Part shown: positions 53,320-59,189 of the stretch, one piece after another
Layout: every line of letters starts with the position of its first letter
Position numbering within the stretch: the first letter of the stretch is position 1
DNA from: Candidatus Aminicenantes bacterium
GTDB lineage: Bacteria > Acidobacteriota > Aminicenantia > Aminicenantales > Aminicenantaceae
DNA length: 59,189 bases
Assembly (NCBI GenBank): GCA_046538375.1
Contig: JBKHJA010000001.1
Location: 1 to 59,189 of the forward strand
Direction of reading: 5' to 3'
The notes under the pieces: generated by a model
Told to the model about the DNA's origin: nothing
What the model saw: only the letters and a program-made list of their open reading frames with translations
Databases searched by the model: none
Program-made: the position numbers and the translations under genes

Positions 53320-54852
53320 ATGAAAAGCTATTTAAGGCCCATCCCCCGGAGGAAGTTTTTGAAGACCGGTATCGCGGGTGGAGCCGTGGTGGCCACTCTT
53401 CCTGTTTGGAAACTTTTCCCTACTTCTGCTCCTCCTCCTGATTTCCATGTCAATCCCGCTAGTCATCTCTCCCGGGAGACTCTGGAGAAACTGATCAAAG
53501 TTGCCCTCCAAAGGGGAGGTGAATTTGCGGAGGTGTATGTGGAATACAGTGTGGGCAACCAGATACATCTTGAAGAGAACAAGATTTATGGAGCAGGAAG
53601 GGGAGTGGATATGGGAGTGGGGATCCGGGTTCTCCATGGCGAGAAAACGGGCTATGCTTATTGTGATGATTTAAGCTTCGAAAAACTGAAACAGACGGCA
53701 GAGGTGGCCAGTTTTATTGCTGCTGAAAAGGAAACCAGGGAAACAGTGCCGTTAAAGCAGGAAAAGATTCCTTCTTATTACCTGGTGGAGGTTTCTCCTG
53801 ACAGCATAGTCCCCAAGGAAAAAGCCGGGCTGCTGTGGAAAGCCAATTCAGCGGGAAGGGAATATGACAAAAGAGTGAACCAGGTGAATGTGGGTTTTTC
53901 TGATCAAAACAAGAAGATCACCATTGCCAACTCTGAGGGAACATGGGTGGAAGACACCCAGACCATATCCAGGCTTTTTGTCAGTATCAATGCCATGGAA
54001 GGAGACAGGAGGAGCCGCGGCTATGCTTACAAGGGAGGAACCCTGGGTTATGAACATTATGACTTAGAACTGGCCGAGGAACTGGCCGAGGAGGCTGGCA
54101 GAATGGCCGTTGCCATGCTTCCCGCCGAAGATGCTCCAGCCGGAGAATATCCTATTGTGATGGCTAAAGGACACTGCGGAACATTCTTCCATGAAGCCAT
54201 CGGACACAGCCTGGAGAGTGATGGAATCAGGAAAAAGACTTCCTGTTTCTGGGACAAGAAAAGAAAAATGATTGCTTCCGAGAAGGCTTCTCTGGCTGAT
54301 GACGGGACAGTGCCTGGAGCAAGAGGCTCCATCAATGCGGATGATGAAGGGACGCCCGGACAAAAAAATCTCCTTATTGAAAAAGGCCGGTGCGTTAACT
54401 TTCTGTATGACAGGTTGAACGCCAAATTGATGAAGGCGGAGCTGACCGGAAACGGAAGAAGAGAATCTTATCAGCATTATCCCATCCCCAGAATGACCAA
54501 CACCTACTTGTTGGCAGGAGAGGATGATCCAGAGGATATCGTTAAATCAGTCAAAAAGGGCCTGTACATCGCCCGTATCGGAGGAGGAAATGTCACTTGG
54601 GTCACAGGAAGATTTGTGTTCTCTGTTCCTGAAGGATACATGATTGAGGACGGTAAAATCACCAAACCCCTCAAAGGAATCCAGCTGATGGGAAGTGGTC
54701 CAGAAGTATTGAAAAATATCGTGATGATAGGACCTGATCTGGAGATTTTGGGTGGAGGAACCTGTGGAAAAGATGGGCAGGGAAAGCCTGTTTCTGATGG
54801 GAATCCGACCTTGAAAGTCTCTGAAATAACCATCGGCGGGGCTAAAGTGTAA
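53320..54852 (+). CDS. tldD: TldD-family metalloprotease with twin-arginine (Tat) signal peptide
   Basis: 510-aa ORF with a TAGGAGGTGAGG Shine-Dalgarno. The N-terminus PRRKFLKTGIAGGAVVATL matches the Tat consensus (S/T)RRxFLK. The HExxxH zinc site is FHEAIGHSLE. Confidence 0.88.
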   Translation: MKSYLRPIPRRKFLKTGIAGGAVVATLPVWKLFPTSAPPPDFHVNPASHLSRETLEKLIKVALQRGGEFAEVYVEYSVGNQIHLEENKIYGAGRGVDMGVGIRVLHGEKTGYAYCDDLSFEKLKQTAEVASFIAAEKETRETVPLKQEKIPSYYLVEVSPDSIVPKEKAGLLWKANSAGREYDKRVNQVNVGFSDQNKKITIANSEGTWVEDTQTISRLFVSINAMEGDRRSRGYAYKGGTLGYEHYDLELAEELAEEAGRMAVAMLPAEDAPAGEYPIVMAKGHCGTFFHEAIGHSLESDGIRKKTSCFWDKKRKMIASEKASLADDGTVPGARGSINADDEGTPGQKNLLIEKGRCVNFLYDRLNAKLMKAELTGNGRRESYQHYPIPRMTNTYLLAGEDDPEDIVKSVKKGLYIARIGGGNVTWVTGRFVFSVPEGYMIEDGKITKPLKGIQLMGSGPEVLKNIVMIGPDLEILGGGTCGKDGQGKPVSDGNPTLKVSEITIGGAKV

Positions 54853-54865
54853 AGGGAGGTTGAGA

Positions 54866-56209
54866 ATGAATTATCAGTCTTTAGCAGAAAATATTGTCAA
54901 AAAGGCTTTAAAATTAGGGGCAGATGAAGCAGAAGTCTATTTAGAAAACCAGAGAGAGTTTGAAATGGAGCTCAGGAACAAGGATGTAGAAACTGTCAAG
55001 CAGGCCACCTCCAAGGGAATAGGATTGACTGTGTTTAAAGACAAAAGACTGGGATTTTCTTATACTTCTGATTTTTCAGACCAGTCCATCCATGAATTCA
55101 CCAAAAAAACGGTTCAACTTTCTGATGTGGCTGATCCCAAACCCTGGAATGGACTGCCTGATTACAAAAAAGGGAAAATTCAACAACTTGATCTTTATGA
55201 TCCTTCCATCATGGATATCCCTAATGAAAAGAAAATAGACACAGCCAGAGAATTAGAAAAAATAGCCTTGGCTTATGATAAAAGAATCACCAAATCAAGA
55301 GGAGCATCTTTTGGCGATGCGGAAACAGAAACCATCATCGCCAATTCCAAAGGCATTTCCTATTCTACAAAAAGCACAGGGGTGTATTTTGGCGTGGCGG
55401 TAGTGGCTGAGCAAGGGGATGAGATGCAGTCAGGGGGATGGTACTGTTCCAAGACTCATTTTAAGGACCTGGATGCAGTGGAAGAGATAGCCAGGGAAGC
55501 AGGAAAGAGGGCCGTAGAGAAGCTGGGAGTCAAGCCTGTATCCACTCAAAAAGCTCCTGTGGTTTTCGACCGCTATGCCACTGGTGCCTTCTGGGCTGGA
55601 ATCCTGTTTGCCATGAACGGAGACAGCGTTTTCAAAAAAACCACTTTTCTAACTGATTATCTTGATAAGCCCATCGCTTCAGAATTGATCACCATAATCG
55701 ATGATCCCACCATTTCAAGACATGTGGCCTCTTGTCCTTTTGATGGAGAGGGAAAAATAACCAGAAAGAATGTTCTCATTGGTAAAGGAATTCTCAACAT
55801 GTTCCTCTATGATACCATCACGGCCAGAAAAGCGGGTGTGGAGGTCAACACCATAGCCAGCCGCCGCAGTTACCGATCGCTGCCCTCGGCCGGTTTTCTG
55901 AATGTGGTGGTTCAAAACGGAAAACTCAGCCCACAACAAATCCTTTCAGGCATAAAAAACGGTTATTATGTCAAAGGGCTTAGAGGCATAGGGACAGATA
56001 TCCCTACGGGAAATTATTCTGTAGGCTCTCATGGTTTCTGGATAAAGGACGGAGAGATCGCCTTCCCCGTAGATGGAGTGACCCTGGGTGGAGATGTGCT
56101 GGATATGCTGAAGAATATTGAAGTTGTGGCCAACGATCTTGATATCAGAGGAAGTCTGAACAGCCCTTCTTTTAAAATTGCTGAGATGACAGTGGGAGGA
56201 ACAACGTAA
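54866..56209 (+). CDS. pmbA: PmbA/TldE-family protein (TldD partner), no signal peptide
   Basis: The track starts at TTG 54860. ATG 54866 lies 6 nt after GGGAGG. MNYQSLAENIVKKALKLGADEAEVYLE... shows the TldD/PmbA fold pattern without the HExxxH site. It begins 14 nt after the tldD stop. Confidence 0.85.
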   Translation: MNYQSLAENIVKKALKLGADEAEVYLENQREFEMELRNKDVETVKQATSKGIGLTVFKDKRLGFSYTSDFSDQSIHEFTKKTVQLSDVADPKPWNGLPDYKKGKIQQLDLYDPSIMDIPNEKKIDTARELEKIALAYDKRITKSRGASFGDAETETIIANSKGISYSTKSTGVYFGVAVVAEQGDEMQSGGWYCSKTHFKDLDAVEEIAREAGKRAVEKLGVKPVSTQKAPVVFDRYATGAFWAGILFAMNGDSVFKKTTFLTDYLDKPIASELITIIDDPTISRHVASCPFDGEGKITRKNVLIGKGILNMFLYDTITARKAGVEVNTIASRRSYRSLPSAGFLNVVVQNGKLSPQQILSGIKNGYYVKGLRGIGTDIPTGNYSVGSHGFWIKDGEIAFPVDGVTLGGDVLDMLKNIEVVANDLDIRGSLNSPSFKIAEMTVGGTT

Positions 56210-56400
56210 TTCCTTAAACTTGTGAAAGCTTTGGTGTTTATATTTTTTCCCTGAAAGATTTTTTAGAGAGTTCAAAAAAAAGTACTTGCAAATTTTTTTG
56301 AGAAACTGAATAATTATACACTCTTGGCGTTCACTTCTTTGAGTTTAAGACAAAAAGGGGTGCTTCGTTCCAAGGTGAATTTATTTTTTTGAGGTGTATA

Positions 56401-56655
56401 ATGGCGGTTCAGATTTACGTGGGCAACTTAGCCTACAGAATGAAAGAGGAATCACTTAGAGAACTATTTGAACAGTTTGGTGAAGTGACATCGGTGAAGA
56501 TCATTAAGGATCGTATGACAGGCCGGTCAAGAGGTTTTGGATTTGTGGAGATGGCAGAACAGGAAGAAGCTGAAAAAGCTATCCAAGAGCTTAACGACAC
56601 AGAAGTTGAGGGAAGAAATCTCAAGGTGAATGTGGCCAGACCGAGAAGGGAATGA
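56401..56655 (+). CDS. RRM-type RNA-binding protein
   Basis: MAVQIYVGNLAYRM (RNP2) ... SRGFGFVEM (RNP1), 84 aa from ATG 56401. The track begins at TTG 56389. Confidence 0.88.
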   Translation: MAVQIYVGNLAYRMKEESLRELFEQFGEVTSVKIIKDRMTGRSRGFGFVEMAEQEEAEKAIQELNDTEVEGRNLKVNVARPRRE

Positions 56656-56930
56656 AGCCAGGAAATTGGATCCTTACCATCGGCTTGCCAACAAAAGATC
56701 CCCATTGATATAGAGCAAAAGAAATTATTCCCTAGACCAAGTAACATTCCTGATTTTCAATCCTCCCTAAAGCATTAAAGAATTCAACGCCCTAGGTTGT
56801 TTCGCAGCGGTGGAGGAGTGTTTATGTTTGTTTGACCATCGGTTGATATGCCCTGCGGCCTGCCGGGGTTCTCCCTCCCGGTTGACTCCAAAGTTTCTTC
56901 TGTTATAAGTTCTTTGGAGAAGAAGGAAGT

Positions 56931-57302
56931 ATGTACAGTTTTCTGGATAAGTTCTTTTACCTGTTTCATTCCAGCCTGATGATTTTTATCCTGGGGGGAT
57001 GGATCTGGCAGAAAACCAGATTAGCGAATCTTGTGGTGATTTTATTGACTTCCTTTTCTTGGTTTTTCCTGGGAATTTGGTATGGGTTTGGCTTTTGTCC
57101 CAGTACAGAATGGCACTGGCAGGTAAGAATGAAGTTGGGACATTTTGATATGCCCGATTCTTATACCAAATTTCTGGTTGACTCTTTGACTGGATGGGAT
57201 ATAAGTCAAAAAATGGTAGATGTTTTTGCGGTTCTTTTTTTGATGCTGGCTCTGACAGCCTCAGTGTGGACAAATGTGAGAGATTGGAAAAGGAAAGGAT
57301 AA
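56931..57302 (+). CDS. small membrane protein, DUF2784-like
   Basis: 123-aa ORF with three to four TM helices and a GFCPSTEWHWQVR segment resembling the conserved CP(L)T..E..LR core of DUF2784 proteins. Assignment is from memory, so moderate confidence. Confidence 0.6.
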   Translation: MYSFLDKFFYLFHSSLMIFILGGWIWQKTRLANLVVILLTSFSWFFLGIWYGFGFCPSTEWHWQVRMKLGHFDMPDSYTKFLVDSLTGWDISQKMVDVFAVLFLMLALTASVWTNVRDWKRKG

Positions 57303-57304
57303 TA

Positions 57305-59026
57305 ATGCTGAACAAGCATGATTTGAGGAATACTCTTCGAAAAATAGACCACCGGGGCTACAAAGCTTATAAAGACATCAAAGGTGTCTACGACTTTGGA
57401 GAATTCACTTTGTATATCGACCATGTTCAGGGGGATCCTTTCGCTTCTCCCAGCCGGCTTCGGGTAGGAGTGGCCAAACCGACCGCTGATTTCCCACCTG
57501 ACTCCTACTGCAGCCCAAGCAGGGAAATCGCTCTGCGGGATTTTATCGCCCGCATGTTTTACCAGGCTTCAAAGAGAATCGCCAGGGGTTCTCGAGGAAC
57601 AGGGAAAAGCGGACTCATTTCCATAGACCAGCCAGGCCAGGAAATCCTGGAACGCACTTCAGCCTTCATCCTTGATTCACACATCGAAGCCAGGTTTATC
57701 ATGGGGCTGCCAGCTTTCGGAAGAAGAATTGCAGGCTCCCATGCCGTGGCCATGTTTTTTGAGGAGCTCCCTCAGATTGTCCACTCCTCCTTGTTTTTTA
57801 AGAATGTTGACCGCGAACATCTCTACAGCCATATAAAAACCGCAGAGGATGCAGATTCGCTGCGCCAGCAGCTTCGAGAAAAAGGCCTGGTGGCCTTTGT
57901 GGCTGATAAGGCTGTACTTCCCCGGGCCAGTGGTGTGGACCCTAGACCTCTTGCTTATGGCCGGGTGGTTCCCTTTGAATCTCCATCCACTCTGCGGGTG
58001 GAGATGAGAACACCCAACAGCGGATTGGTCACTGGAATGGGAATACGTGAAGGGGTGACCCTGGTGGTGGGAGGAGGATATCACGGCAAGAGCACTTTGC
58101 TTCGCGCCTTAGAGATGGGAGTGTACAATCATGTCCCCGGAGATGGAAGAGAACGGGTGGTGACAGATCCTTCGGCTGTTAAAATAAGAGCCGAAGATGG
58201 CCGGCGTATCGAAAAGGTGGATATTTCGCCTTTTATATCCAATCTTCCTTTTGGCCAGACCACCGAAGAATTCTTCACAGAGGAGGCCAGCGGCTCCACT
58301 TCCCAGGCGGCAAACACCATAGAAGCGTTAGAAATAGGAGCTAAAGTTCTGCTCATTGACGAAGATACATCGGCCACCAATTTCATGATCAGGGACCACA
58401 GGATGCAGGAACTGGTCTCCAAGGACAAGGAGCCCATAACTCCCTTCCTGGATAAAATCCGTCAGTTGTACACAGGTCTGGGGATTTCCACTATTTTGGT
58501 TATAGGAGGATCAGGAGATTATTTTGACGTGGCTGATTGTGTGGTGTGCATGATGGACTACAAACCCCATGACCTGACCAAACAGGCCTTAGCCATTGCC
58601 CGAAAATACAAAGCCGAGCGTCAAGCCGAAGGAGGCCCACACTTTGGCAGAATCACCCGCCGGATTCCTCTGGCTCACAGTTTTAATCCCAGGAAAGGGA
58701 AAAGAGAGGTGAAGATTGCCTGTAAGGGCAGGCATTCCATAATGTTCGGCACCCAGCGCATCGATCTTTCCGCTTTGGAGCAGCTCGTGGATATCAGTCA
58801 GACCAGGGCTATAGGAGATGCCATCTATTATGTCCGTAAATACATGAACGGGGAGAGAACCTTGGAGGAAATCATCGCCGGTGTGCTGGAGGATATTAGA
58901 GAAAAAGGATTGGATGTCCTCAACCCTAAGCCGGTGGGCGATTATGCCGCTTTCCGGGCTCTGGAACTTGCCGCTGCCATCAATCGGCTGAGAACGCTTA
59001 AAGTGCTTCAAGAGAAGAATAAATAA
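57305..59026 (+). CDS. predicted ABC-class ATPase (ABC_ATPase domain family), uncharacterised
   Basis: The track ORF starts at 57194, inside the previous gene. ATG 57305 (MLNKHDLRNTLRKIDHRGYKAYKDIKG...) follows AGGAAAGGA. The P-loop is GGGYHGKST and a Walker-B-like segment is VLLIDEDTSATN. Confidence 0.75.
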   Translation: MLNKHDLRNTLRKIDHRGYKAYKDIKGVYDFGEFTLYIDHVQGDPFASPSRLRVGVAKPTADFPPDSYCSPSREIALRDFIARMFYQASKRIARGSRGTGKSGLISIDQPGQEILERTSAFILDSHIEARFIMGLPAFGRRIAGSHAVAMFFEELPQIVHSSLFFKNVDREHLYSHIKTAEDADSLRQQLREKGLVAFVADKAVLPRASGVDPRPLAYGRVVPFESPSTLRVEMRTPNSGLVTGMGIREGVTLVVGGGYHGKSTLLRALEMGVYNHVPGDGRERVVTDPSAVKIRAEDGRRIEKVDISPFISNLPFGQTTEEFFTEEASGSTSQAANTIEALEIGAKVLLIDEDTSATNFMIRDHRMQELVSKDKEPITPFLDKIRQLYTGLGISTILVIGGSGDYFDVADCVVCMMDYKPHDLTKQALAIARKYKAERQAEGGPHFGRITRRIPLAHSFNPRKGKREVKIACKGRHSIMFGTQRIDLSALEQLVDISQTRAIGDAIYYVRKYMNGERTLEEIIAGVLEDIREKGLDVLNPKPVGDYAAFRALELAAAINRLRTLKVLQEKNK

Positions 59027-59112
59027 GTCTATAAAATTTTCCCCTGATCAAATTGCCGCTGCAACATGAAAGCTGCCTGTGGCTTTTCAATATTATATAA
59101 CCTGGATTATTC

Positions 59113-59189
59113 ATGAATTCGCTGGAAACAATGCATATGAGGGAGGAAATTGGGGACATGACCCAATTTTCTGAAATTGGGATCGTGTC
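59113..59189 (+). CDS. possible 5' end of an unidentified CDS running off the window
   Basis: The frame is open from ATG 59113 to the window end. In-frame ATGs occur at 59131, 59137 and 59158, the last preceded by GAGGGAGG. It is too short to identify. Confidence 0.25.
   Translation, partial: MNSLETMHMREEIGDMTQFSEIGIV

Noticed and set aside
19400-59189. Classical genomic island, prophage or defence system in the accessory-looking right two-thirds
   Set aside because: I found no integrase, transposase, phage structural gene, tRNA attachment site, restriction-modification, toxin-antitoxin or CRISPR-Cas signature. The genes read as envelope hydrolases and transporters.

Overview
This is a gene-dense 59.2-kb bacterial chromosomal segment. 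I recognised no rRNA, tRNA, CRISPR array, transposase or integrase. All calls come from reading the translations and the DNA by eye; nothing was searched.

**Layout**
- **1-10.2 kb, minus strand:** a tightly coupled aromatic amino-acid supraoperon, trpE-G-D-C-F-B-A, aroH-type chorismate mutase, DAHP synthase, tyrA, aroA, aroE (truncated at the window start).
- **10.2-10.8 kb:** a shared control region with back-to-back near-consensus promoters. It contains a 28-codon leader peptide ending in YYYWWY and a classical 1:2 / 2:3 / 3:4 attenuator in front of trpE.
- **10.8-17.9 kb, plus strand:** a complete his operon, hisG(long)-hisC-HAD phosphatase-hisB-hisH-hisF-hisA::hisI::hisE fusion-hisD.
- **18-19.4 kb:** an rpoD-like sigma factor.
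- **19.4-59 kb:** mostly exported hydrolases and peptide or amide uptake genes.

**Main findings**
- A peptide-type ABC importer operon (24.4-33.6 kb, minus strand) has hyuA/hyuB (hydantoinase/oxoprolinase family) inserted between its two ATPase genes. HyuB is fused in frame to the second ATPase. This is my best candidate for an undescribed transport-plus-catabolism unit.
- A mosaic intergenic repeat family (core GGGTRAGGGATGGGGGGT plus an AT-rich module) occurs at least five times. One copy is a 146-bp element with perfect 18-bp terminal inverted repeats.
- A GntR / TonB-dependent receptor / GWxTD / TPR / membrane-anchored serine hydrolase cluster lies at 37.3-45.5 kb.
- A symporter / GGT / M1 peptidase / Tat-TldD / PmbA cluster lies at 45.9-56.2 kb.

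GWxTD proteins and receptors with a carboxypeptidase-regulatory-like N-terminal domain hint at an Acidobacteriota-like or related uncultured lineage (low confidence).
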